Source: a virus | Taxonomy: Duplodnaviria > Caudoviricetes | Length of the DNA stretch: 30,269 nt | Virus record (IMG/VR): IMGVR_UViG_3300031519_000144 | Coordinates: 1 to 30,269 of that record | Reading direction: 5' to 3' (one strand) | The notes under the pieces: generated by a model | Told to the model about the DNA's origin: nothing | The model's database searches: none | Seen by the model: the letters and a program-made list of their open reading frames with translations, nothing else | In this document: piece after piece, positions 19,001 through 28,400 of the stretch | Numbering within the stretch: position 1 is the stretch's first letter | Layout: every line of letters starts with the position of its first letter | Position numbers and translations under genes: made by a program

Positions 19001-21023
19001 AAGCCAAACAGATGGAAATGGAGAAAATGTAGAATTGTTTGAGTTACGATCTTTTACTAGCGGAAGTAATCAAGGTAAATATCAAATAGCTTTTAAAGGT
19101 GATGATAATGGAGATTCATTAGTTTTTGATGCGTCCAGTAGAGCATTAGATGTTTATAGCTTTGTAATAGCTGTTACTACAAGCGACGATATAACAACCG
19201 AAATACCTTTAACAGGACAAATAGGTGGGTTTGGAGCATTAAAGAATATTGCACCTTCTTTTTCTACATTACCTAATTCAGCAGTAACTAATACTACTTC
19301 AGTTATATATCCAGCTGCTAATTGGACAAATACCGTAAACGGTACAGCTTCTGATTTTGACGGCGCAAAAACTATAGGCCTACAGTTTTCTATGGAGTGG
19401 CTAGGAGCCCCAGAATTAAACCCTATAGATTTATATGGATGGGAAATGGATGCCTCAAACGGCCAAATAACACAACCGGTTCCGCCTGATGATAATACTC
19501 CAAATCCTAACGGAACATGGGAGATTCGATTAACTATGCAGGATGCTTTTGACGTAGGTTCACCTACTGGCGATTATAGTTGGCTATTTGATTTTCAAAA
19601 CGTCACTATAACATTGGGTTATCCAGCAGTTAATCCATTAGCTTTGTCTAACATTTGTGTACTGTCTACGCCTATGGGCCCTTATTTTAATGGGTTATTG
19701 ACTAACGCCTCGTCTAAGCCTACTGTGGCTGAGTATCAAGGTATAACAGTACCTGTTAGCGATGAAGCATTTCCACTTGGACCCCCGGGGACCCCCCGAG
19801 CTGATTATAATTCCCAAGGCTTTACTACGTCATCAACTGGATTATGGTTTATTGGTAACCAAGACTTGGAACTTATTAATACAGACAATTTGGATGGGTA
19901 TTGGCCTCCGGAATATGACGACGTAAGGAATGACCAGGCCGGCACAGAACCGACTTTTGGGGGGAGCACAGGTACTGGTATATTTCCTAATGAAGGAGCA
20001 GCAGGAACCCCGTATCAAAGCTACAATAAAAAGTATCAAATAGGTGGGAATGTTGCTGGACCTTTTAGTGCCCAGGCTCACCGTAGCGGAACTATAATGT
20101 TTACAATAAACGTTTTTGCTAGTAATGTGCCTTTTAGTGATGTTGCTGTTGGAACATTACAACCTATTAGTGTTTTTATTTATTATAGGAAAGCTCAAGC
20201 GACAGGAGATGTAGATCCTTGGACAGAAATACCAAATAGTGGTGCATTAGAATACAATAATGTACGACTTAGGCCTAATTTTGGAGATTGGCCGCCTTAT
20301 GTAAACGGCTACAAATACGATGGAGATGAAAAAACTTTCGTACAATATGTTAGAGCATTTAATAAGAGCGACTTTGATACTCCTGGCTCCACAGAAGATA
20401 TTGAATATGCTATAATAGTTAAAGGCTTAGAATTTGTTGGGGGCACCGGAAGTGGTATCCACCATCCTATAGCTTGGGTTACCGCTGACGACGTTCACTA
20501 TCCTAAATGCTTAAATTGGCAAGGGACAAACGCTGCATTAACGAGTACTAATACTAGAGCCGGAGCAACTCCAGGAGTGGCTGGAAGTGGATCTTTTAAA
20601 TATGAGGCTTCCGCAGGATCAAATAATAGCGAAACTTTTGATAGTAATTTTACTCAAACACTTTATGCGGATAATCCCTACGGAGATTACGTAAATAATT
20701 TTTACACAGATGTAGGATTAACAACTGTATGGGAACCTAATGAAGGCGAACAATTCATTAATTATAGATTAGTTCAAAGCGAATTTAATACTACTTTGCC
20801 AAATTGGATCGTGCAAAGAGGTGGGGGTTCAGGGGAAGATTCTATAAAAATGCAATGGATTTCTGAATTTCAAATACCTGGCGGTGAAAAAGCTGCACGT
20901 TCTGAAGGTACAGTTTCAAAATCTTTTTTAGTTGGAGCTTATACTGGAGGACCAGGTACTGTTATTTTTCCAGCAACTGCCGTTTTTGGAACCACAAGGC
21001 TGTTTATAAAAACCAACATTTAA
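16041..21023 (+). CDS. Tail stabilisation (nozzle/muzzle) protein, N-terminal part, with long C-terminal extension
   Basis: Starts NTFLKSKMNKDLDDRILPNGEYRDARNI; LFWTDNRNQPRKIN, RFSYRFKY, GNRIIYGNY and YQVGFILADKFGR are typical of crAss-like stabilisation proteins. Confidence 0.75.
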   Translation: MAQEIKNTFLKSKMNKDLDDRILPNGEYRDARNISVGRSEDNDVGALENIIGNNLITSTDIGDGLTIIGIKENNSTDELFVFLTDYTDPNPLEPTDAPSTSRHYIYSYNNSTQIYSRLVQGYFLNFSTTNRIIGINLIESLLFWTDNRNQPRKINSGISISGNSKRSSQDYYTQEHQISVAKYSPYQAIKLYTRLDVDITNGSVAYINVSGDRVAEITPFIGATVVSSENLISGNEHIKIINVALVGSATRISLSPNIPVPLPNTYFSFIMSTMTNKNDDTDWPGDPDFLEDKFVRFSYRFKYDDNEYSLMAPFTQIAYIPKQYGFFLSGDENSAYQSTVVDFMENLVQNIGLVIPLPTNANRLVRDYKISEMEILFRESDGVAVKVLESITAGQISGASGVSNFFTYDYQSRKPYRTLPEAQTIRVYDKVPVTAFSQESSGNRIIYGNYKDQHTPPANLNYNCRISFKSDTGKFNNWIEYPNHSVKRNRNYQVGFILADKFGRQSPVILSSVDTGANSDGKFYFGSTIYSAYDIGNEDTSVLDWFGDSIMVLVNSEVASIKNSATGTPGLYAIKQNATNPNAEGYAIKRSGSVIVDDSTYTFRLDNINFPNNINIPIIGDSLRGAYEDFVFVTNIEGPTGAQLQYTVTTSGRVNDVYLREADIVTGGGIPDLKFAYTINDLGWYSYKIVVKQTEQEYYNVYLPGMLNGYPGQSGSLGDASNVPDPIPPTPGGIDNGLFPTNETNKTAFTVLFNDNINKIPRDLQEVGDQDLQYRSSVTLYGRVTNTMTIDPSGSPYTNSIPSNSQYYARLDYEGKTAISHTSTAIARAKEVNMGSADLTDVPLLYSEQAYKGANVFYQLETNPLIARISTTEKSIGATALWGPTPSGGTAPVNIPDGANNMLPFLSIYETQAVNSLLDLYWETASEGLIVDLNADVLSGAGGATSFVNVTWDFDETTLPNTIVTGVFEPVNSEAEVYQVPTTATLESQTDGNGENVELFELRSFTSGSNQGKYQIAFKGDDNGDSLVFDASSRALDVYSFVIAVTTSDDITTEIPLTGQIGGFGALKNIAPSFSTLPNSAVTNTTSVIYPAANWTNTVNGTASDFDGAKTIGLQFSMEWLGAPELNPIDLYGWEMDASNGQITQPVPPDDNTPNPNGTWEIRLTMQDAFDVGSPTGDYSWLFDFQNVTITLGYPAVNPLALSNICVLSTPMGPYFNGLLTNASSKPTVAEYQGITVPVSDEAFPLGPPGTPRADYNSQGFTTSSTGLWFIGNQDLELINTDNLDGYWPPEYDDVRNDQAGTEPTFGGSTGTGIFPNEGAAGTPYQSYNKKYQIGGNVAGPFSAQAHRSGTIMFTINVFASNVPFSDVAVGTLQPISVFIYYRKAQATGDVDPWTEIPNSGALEYNNVRLRPNFGDWPPYVNGYKYDGDEKTFVQYVRAFNKSDFDTPGSTEDIEYAIIVKGLEFVGGTGSGIHHPIAWVTADDVHYPKCLNWQGTNAALTSTNTRAGATPGVAGSGSFKYEASAGSNNSETFDSNFTQTLYADNPYGDYVNNFYTDVGLTTVWEPNEGEQFINYRLVQSEFNTTLPNWIVQRGGGSGEDSIKMQWISEFQIPGGEKAARSEGTVSKSFLVGAYTGGPGTVIFPATAVFGTTRLFIKTNI

Positions 21024-21033
21024 AAAACCAATT

Positions 21034-22626
21034 ATGGCTGCAAATATAGAATTAAAATATTTTAATACATTCTGGTTAAAAAAAATCAAGACAATAGCAG
21101 ACGTTAAGAATGAACTTGATAACGGAGATCTTATTACGGCTTCTTTGACATCAGTTAGTGGTACTACTTTTACTATTAATACCGCATTAGACGATACCCT
21201 TATGAATGTAGGTCAACAAGTTACCATGACCTACACTAATTTATTAAATGTAGTCTTAGAATATAATTCCTATATTATTTCAAAAACTAGTGACAATGTA
21301 TTTTTAGCAGCAGCTGGAGTTATTGATGGAGTATCAGGAACTCCTACAATGACTTTTGGTAAAATAATAAACTTTGATAATATACCTCAAGCTTATGCTC
21401 CTACAATAACTAGTGATTGGTTTATTGAAGAGTCAAGAATTAATGGAGGTTACAATAATACGTCGGTTGATTTTGGGGTTAAAGCATATTTAGTTGAAGA
21501 CGAAACTAATCAATCAAATAGGTTTAGTTCATTAATACATTCTGGTATATTTAATTCTAGAACTGGTATTAATCAAACAAATCAATTTAGCGTAGGCGAA
21601 GATATAACTAGAACAATAGATCCGGCTAATGGATCAATACAGAAACTTTATGCTGAAGATACTAACCTTATTATATTTCAAGAAAATAAAGTAAGTAAAT
21701 CTTTAATAGATAAAGACGCTATATATGCAGCGGAAGGTACAGCTATAACTACTTCAGGTGCTCAGGTTATTGGGCAAAACGTTGCTTTTGGTGGTGAATA
21801 CGGAATATCAACAGATCCAGAGTCCTTTGCGGTTAATGGCTATAGAAAATACTTTACAGATAGAGATCAAAATGTTGTTTGTAGATTGTCTGTGGACGGT
21901 ATAAGCGTAATATCTAACTTTGGTATGACCGACTTTTTTAGAGATAAATTATCTACTGCAAAAGTAGGTGGAGTAAAAGGGGGATGGGATGCTCATAATA
22001 AGCAATACGTTTTATCTATAGAATCAGATCCTAATAATAATAATAAAGGATTACCTGAATACAATACATTATCGTTTGATGAAAGTGTAAAAGGTTGGAC
22101 GAGTTTGTTTAATTATAAACCTAATCAAATTATTAGTTTAAATAATGATTATTTTACAACCTTCTCTGGGGAAATATATAAACATTACACATTGGCACCT
22201 AATACAAGTGCTAGAGCTACTTTTTACGGTATTACATATAATTCCAATGTAACCTTTGTGTTTAATGGCAATCCTTCAATTGTTAAAAACTTTCAAACAA
22301 TAAATTATGAAGGAGATAGCGGATGGAAAATGCTAAGCTTTAATACTAGTACCGACACAGCTTTTCCTATAACTCAATCCATTTTTGCAACCACTCTTGA
22401 AGAATTACAAAATTCTTTATTAATAAATAGATTTAAAGTAAAAGAAAACAAATATTTTGCAGATATAGTTAATGCTACATCGGCTCAAAGTGGCGAAGTA
22501 GTATGGGGAGGTTCTTCTTCAGGAATAAAAGGATTTTTTGGAGAAGTAAAAATGCAAATAGATAATGCTAGCAATGGTAAAAAAGAATTATTTGCCGTAA
22601 GCACAGGATTCGTACAATCATCTTAA
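21034..22626 (+). CDS. Tail stabilisation (nozzle/muzzle) protein, C-terminal part
   Basis: GSIQKLYAEDTNLIIFQENKVS, GEYGISTDPESFA, YFTD and TLSFDESVKGWTS beta-propeller-type motifs (P22 gp10-like). Confidence 0.75.
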   Translation: MAANIELKYFNTFWLKKIKTIADVKNELDNGDLITASLTSVSGTTFTINTALDDTLMNVGQQVTMTYTNLLNVVLEYNSYIISKTSDNVFLAAAGVIDGVSGTPTMTFGKIINFDNIPQAYAPTITSDWFIEESRINGGYNNTSVDFGVKAYLVEDETNQSNRFSSLIHSGIFNSRTGINQTNQFSVGEDITRTIDPANGSIQKLYAEDTNLIIFQENKVSKSLIDKDAIYAAEGTAITTSGAQVIGQNVAFGGEYGISTDPESFAVNGYRKYFTDRDQNVVCRLSVDGISVISNFGMTDFFRDKLSTAKVGGVKGGWDAHNKQYVLSIESDPNNNNKGLPEYNTLSFDESVKGWTSLFNYKPNQIISLNNDYFTTFSGEIYKHYTLAPNTSARATFYGITYNSNVTFVFNGNPSIVKNFQTINYEGDSGWKMLSFNTSTDTAFPITQSIFATTLEELQNSLLINRFKVKENKYFADIVNATSAQSGEVVWGGSSSGIKGFFGEVKMQIDNASNGKKELFAVSTGFVQSS

Positions 22627-22634
22627 ATTAAATT

Positions 22635-23165
22635 ATGGAAGTATCACAAATAGAAACAATACCACCAGAAGAAATTCTTCATCATATTAATGACTTTAGA
22701 GGCGCTATGTGGGATAAAATTGCTGCGTTTAGAGAAATAATAGAGGCTCAAGACGATTGTCTTATCCACAAAGTAGGTACACCTCAGACAGAAGAAATGA
22801 AAGATGTATTTCCTTTAAAACAAACATTAGAAGGAGGATTATACACTAGAGAATTATTTATGCCAGCTGATCAAATAGTCATTAGCATGATACATAAACA
22901 ACAACATCCATCTTTTTTGTTAAAAGGTAAAGTATCTTATTTAACAGATGCGGGAGAAGTTAAAACTATAACAGGGCCACACATAATTCATACTCAAATA
23001 GGAACTCAAAGAGTTATATTTGTACATGAAGATACCCAGTGGTGTTGTGTATATAAAACAGATGCTAAAACATTTGAGGAAGCGGAAGCTGATGTTTACG
23101 CAGACAATTATAAAGAACTACCTCAAGAAGTAATAAATAAAATAAAAACAATATGTCAGGAATAG
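22635..23165 (+). CDS. Cupin-fold protein
   Basis: GLYTRELFMPAD..IHKQQHPSFLLKGKVS..GTQRVIFVHEDT fits a double-stranded beta-helix with His ligands. Confidence 0.7.
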   Translation: MEVSQIETIPPEEILHHINDFRGAMWDKIAAFREIIEAQDDCLIHKVGTPQTEEMKDVFPLKQTLEGGLYTRELFMPADQIVISMIHKQQHPSFLLKGKVSYLTDAGEVKTITGPHIIHTQIGTQRVIFVHEDTQWCCVYKTDAKTFEEAEADVYADNYKELPQEVINKIKTICQE

Positions 23166-23908
23166 CAGCAGGCATCGGAGCCGCGGTGTCAATCGGTATT
23201 TTTCTTGTAAAAAATGGTAAAGCTAAGAAAAAAGAAAGAGCCGCTCAGCGAGAAAAAGCAAGAATACAAAGACAAATAAGCGCTTTTGAATCTAGTAGAC
23301 AAGCTATTACAAACCCATACGCTGGAGTAACTTCTTTAGCTGGTTTAGCTACGGATTTATCAGAAAACTTAAGCAATCCTTTTGCTAATCTAGGTGTTGC
23401 TACAAGTGCTGCGGAGATACAGATGGAACAAACAGATATTGCTTTAGCAAATACACTAGATACGCTACAAGCTACGGGAGCGAGCGCCGGAGGGGCTACA
23501 GCATTAGCTCAAGCAGCTCAGCGAAGTAAAAAAGATGTTGCAGCTAGTATTGAGAAACAAGAAGCGGATAATGAAAAGCTAGAAGCTCAAGGAGAGCAAA
23601 GATTGCAAGAACAACAAAATGCCGAAAAAGCAAGAATACAAGGTATTCAAATATCAGAAGGTGGTAGAGCTCAGAATGCGGAAGCTCAAGGAGCTGCTTT
23701 TGTTTTTGGAGCGCAGGAGGAAAGAGACAATGCGAAACTTGACAGAATGGCTGGAGGTCTTGATCAAGCTAGAGTGAATGCATCTAATGCTGATGCAGCA
23801 CAAAGTGCTAATACAAGTGCTTTAATAGGTAGCCTTGGCAATATGGCTGCTGGAGCCGCTGCTGGAATGGGTGGGGGCGGAAGCGATAGCTCAACAACAA
23901 CACCATAA
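23153..23908 (+). CDS. Internal virion/ejection (pilot) protein 1
   Basis: Gly/Ala-rich hydrophobic N- and C-terminal segments flank an Ala/Gln-rich coiled coil; position after the tail genes. Confidence 0.65.
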   Translation: MSGIAAGIGAAVSIGIFLVKNGKAKKKERAAQREKARIQRQISAFESSRQAITNPYAGVTSLAGLATDLSENLSNPFANLGVATSAAEIQMEQTDIALANTLDTLQATGASAGGATALAQAAQRSKKDVAASIEKQEADNEKLEAQGEQRLQEQQNAEKARIQGIQISEGGRAQNAEAQGAAFVFGAQEERDNAKLDRMAGGLDQARVNASNADAAQSANTSALIGSLGNMAAGAAAGMGGGGSDSSTTTP

Positions 23909-23924
23909 AATTAAAATATAAAAA

Positions 23925-25481
23925 ATGAGTTATAGAAACCCACTGATAATAGACGACAAATCTGACATAACCGGAGCACAGGATATAACTAATGTTGGAA
24001 ATACTTTTGCTAGCATTATTAATACTAAAAATGAAAGAGCTAGATTAGCTAAAGAAAAGAAAGATAAAGAAGACGCCCTTATTTCTAAGCAGGTCATTAA
24101 TATGGCTAATAAAAAAGCAGAAGGAGATGCTCAATTTGTTGCTGGGCTTACTGACTTGGGAGGTACTATTCAATCTTCTCTTGGAGCTGAATATGAGAAG
24201 CTATCTCAAAGTAACTTTGAATTAAGACAACTTCAGTTAGCAGGAGATGCTAGTCCTGAAGTATCTAAACAGATAGGACAAAACCTGCAAAAAATGTTAG
24301 AGGCAAGAACTTTAGGGGAGCAAATGATTGCAACAACTGGTGAATTAGGCGAACTCATAGACAACTATGAGGCTATTAATAAAACTATATTCTTACAAGA
24401 CATGGAAGATCCTAATACTGGAGAAGTAAATGGGAATTTGTCTAAAGCTATTATATTTGGATTTGGAGGTAAAGAAAAATATGAAGCTAGTATGGTTAAT
24501 GTAGATGGCGAATTAAGAGCTCAAGTAATAACTCCTGAGGGCGTAAAGTATTCTATTCCCGCTAAGCAATTTAAAGACATAACTGAAAACTTAACATTAG
24601 AAAAAGTAAATAATGCAGCTGAGTCACAGATGCAATTTACTGATAATGAACTTAGAGATGAAAAAGGTAACATAAATCAAAGTTTAATAAACGATAAAAC
24701 ATCATATAATAGAACCGGCTCAGATGGAATTCAGCGCATAGGCACAAGAAATCTTTTAGATTTAACTAGTGTCACAAGAGCTAGAGATAATGCGGTTATG
24801 GAGACTGAAGCTTTATTAACTTCATCAGAAGGTAATATTCAATTAAGGAATTTATACCTTGCTGATTTAAAAATTGATAGTGTTGATTATGAAGCTGCAA
24901 ATGAAGAGGATAGAGCAAAAATGGTTGCAGAAAAAGCAAATACATTATTTGATAAATCTAGTGGCTTAATACTGGAGGATGGAAATTATTACGTTGATAC
25001 CGATGAAAAAACTTATAAAGTGGCAACACCTAAAGCTACAGGCGCTGCAAAAGAAGACATAGCTTTTACGGAATGGAAAGAAACTTTTAATACGTCGGCT
25101 GATCTCACCGCTGCATCTTTTAATCTTGGAAGAAACACTAAAATTGGTAATCAAACCCTATCAACTGCTCCAGTTATTGAAAAAAGTGAAGATACGTTTA
25201 AAATTAAATTGCAAACTTCAAACGAAATACCTGATGATCCTTTAACAAAGAAGAAAGATTTTGTTGCAGCAAAAAGCAAAACTTATGATTTAAAGCAACC
25301 TACAGAATTAGACGCTTTTGTAAGGCTATTGCCAGGAATAAGTACAGCTAAAGAGCGTAGTGAAGTCAAAGCTTTAATTACAGCTAAAATAAAAAACGAA
25401 GATGCTCCTGCTCTGACTTGGGGACAGCTTAACGATTTAAATGATGACAATACTGAAGGGCCAACCAACAAACTAGAATAA
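23925..25481 (+). CDS. Internal virion/ejection protein 2
   Basis: 518 aa helical protein starting MSYRNP, between the pilot gene and the giant gene; positional inference. Confidence 0.55.
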   Translation: MSYRNPLIIDDKSDITGAQDITNVGNTFASIINTKNERARLAKEKKDKEDALISKQVINMANKKAEGDAQFVAGLTDLGGTIQSSLGAEYEKLSQSNFELRQLQLAGDASPEVSKQIGQNLQKMLEARTLGEQMIATTGELGELIDNYEAINKTIFLQDMEDPNTGEVNGNLSKAIIFGFGGKEKYEASMVNVDGELRAQVITPEGVKYSIPAKQFKDITENLTLEKVNNAAESQMQFTDNELRDEKGNINQSLINDKTSYNRTGSDGIQRIGTRNLLDLTSVTRARDNAVMETEALLTSSEGNIQLRNLYLADLKIDSVDYEAANEEDRAKMVAEKANTLFDKSSGLILEDGNYYVDTDEKTYKVATPKATGAAKEDIAFTEWKETFNTSADLTAASFNLGRNTKIGNQTLSTAPVIEKSEDTFKIKLQTSNEIPDDPLTKKKDFVAAKSKTYDLKQPTELDAFVRLLPGISTAKERSEVKALITAKIKNEDAPALTWGQLNDLNDDNTEGPTNKLE

Positions 25482-25492
25482 TATAATTAAAT

Positions 25493-28400
25493 ATGGATAT
25501 ATATATAGTAATAGTAAACGGTGTTAAGCAAAGAGTTACAATATCACCAGAAGAATATGATGGATTTATAGCAGAGTATCCTGACGCTATTTTAGAGGAA
25601 AAAGAAACTCAGGATTTTCAAGCAGACACTGCAGCGGATGTAGATGTAGTGTCGGAGAAAGTAACATTAGATACGGATTCTGCATCGGAAAATGGTTCTT
25701 TGGAATTAACAGAAACATTTAAGCCTGAGTCAGAAGAACAACAGCGCGTTGATAAAGCTATGGCTGATATTAAGGCTATAGAAATAACGCCTGAGCTCGA
25801 AGCAGAATGGGAAGCGGAAGTTAATTCTGGTCCTGTAGATATTATGGTCGACAACCCAAATAGCGGTTGGAACGACAAGTCTACAAAAATGCCTTATGAT
25901 AATAAGGTTAAAGAAGCTAGAACAATGCTTGCTAAAAACCAAAAGGTTAGTGAAGCAGAGGTTCCCTCTGACGATGTTATAAAGCTAGCTAAAACCCTTA
26001 CGGTAAAAGAAAAAAGACAAGATTGGCTTGCAACAAAAAGAGAAGAAGCTTTTGAAAGGTATGAAGACGATGTAAATCCTCTATTATCTTTTAATCCTAT
26101 AGACAAATTTATAAAACAATACGCTCCGCCTGGAATGTATGAAACTGATGTAGAAGAAGAATATAGATTAGGTAGAAAACAAATGACCTCTAGGTTTAAC
26201 AATGAATTTTTAGAAAAGGAGAAAGAAATTGATAATAGATCAAAAAGCATTGATGAAAATGTTGCTTTAATGGATGTTGCTAAGTTAAAAATCCAAGAAC
26301 TAGACACTAAGTATATAAACACACCTAATGAAGTAACTGCAGAAGAAATAAACGAATATAAAAACCTAGTAGAAACTTATAAAACTGCTTATGGTTCAGC
26401 TATATCTGCTTCTGACGGGTTAAGTGAAATGGCTACTGACTCAGATGACATAGAGGTTTTAGCGGATATGGCTAAAAGAACTTATAACAATGTTGATGTT
26501 GCTACTAATAGAATAAAATCCGCTGCAGTAAATTTAGCAAGCGGTCTTGGAATATTAGGATCTGAAATTAATATACAAGCGGTTTTAAAAAGAACCGGTG
26601 TACTTGATGATGAAAATGTAGGAGAACTACCCGTTTTTATGCAAAATTGGTATAAAGCCGGAGATGAAGTTAACAAAGGCATTAAAGCTGGTTCAGCAAA
26701 ATTATACGAAGTTGCTAATGAAATTACAGGAGCCACGAAGCATAGACAAGAATTTGAAGGAGCTGCGGATAGCCTAGAAAACTTTGGCGAGTTTATGCTT
26801 GATTTACTTACAGAACAATCTGTAAATACAGCTATAACCGTGGGTACTGGAGGCGCTGGTTTACTTATTTTAGCAGGAGGTGCTGCTGGTAATAAGATGA
26901 ATGAAATGAACGAAGAAATATTAGAAGGAGAAAATATTTCACCCGCTCAATTTTATGCCGCAGGTCTTTTATACGGAGTAGCGGAATATGTAACTGAAAA
27001 AGTTTCTTTGGGTCAAGCTTTACGAGGTTTAAATGCAATGGGTCTTCCTGTAAAAAACTTTACCAAGGCATTTGATTTAGGCAGCTCAGGTTTAAAAGGA
27101 GGAATGACTTTTGGTAGAGCTTTTAAAAGATGGGGAAAAGGTATTAATCAAGAAGGTATGGCGGAGCTAGGGGCTCAACTTAGTAATAATTTAGTGGATA
27201 ATTATTTATTGGGTAAAGATGTATCTATTACAGATGGGCTTAGTGAAGCTTATATTACCGGTGGATTGATGTCAGGATTAGGGTTTGGAGCTCCTGTAAT
27301 TGCTACAGATATAGCTAAAGCCTTTATGAACGATGGATTGATGGCTAAAAGAAACGATCTTTCTGCTAAAATGCTACAATTAAGTAAAGATCAAGAAAAA
27401 ATACAGTCTCAAAGCTTAGGTGTTTTTAATAAAGAAGCAGCGGAAGCGTATAACTTATTGCAGAAACAAAAAGAAGCTCTTTTGTTCGAAAGCCATAGGC
27501 TTATGAAAAACGTATCAAGCACCGTTGATGCTTTAGATAGTACTGATAGACAAAGATTAATAGATTTAAGTAATGATACTTACAATTTAAAAGCTGAAAA
27601 CGAAAAGCTTAATAAGAACACGATGATTCCTAAGGAGGCATTGAAAGGTCTTATAGAAGCAAATACAACTAAAATACAATCTAATAACAATCAGCGTGAC
27701 TTAATTCTTGACAACACTTTATATTCTAAAGATAAAGCTATGGCTGATAAACTAGCGGCAGACTTTATAGCAAAAAATAATTTAGGAGAGTCAATACTTT
27801 ACATAGACGGTAAAACAACCGATGAGGTTGCTGATCAAATGAAAGCTGAAGCAGACAAAGCCGTTGCTGAAGGAAAAATTACTCCAAAACAATATACTAA
27901 ACTAAAAACAGATATACAAGCTTTTAAAGAAACAAAAGGCGTAGAGGGCGTTTATATAGGCCAAGACGTAGGCATTCCAATGGTAGCCACTGTAGAAGAT
28001 GTTGCTCTCGGCACTCTTGGGGTAGAAGTACCGTTTGCGCCTGGACAATATAATGGAGCGGTAAAAAGACACGAAGTTGGGCATGCTATTTTATTCAGTA
28101 AGTTTTTAACAGGTAATCCAGCAGCTTACAAATTAGTAGAACAATTTGAAAAGTACATGATCAATAATTACAAAGGCGCTGCTGAACGATTTGCTGCTGT
28201 TGATGCTAATTATCCTCCAGGTAAGTTTACTAAAAATAAAATACTAGAAGAAAAGCTAGCCACCATGCTAGAATACGTTTCAAAAACAAATATTTCAATG
28301 GATAAAACCTTTTCAAATAAGGTTATGAATATATTCAAAGGAGATAAAGATTTTTCTAAATTAGAATCTGTAAAAGATGCTGAAGGTGTTTTAGGTATGT

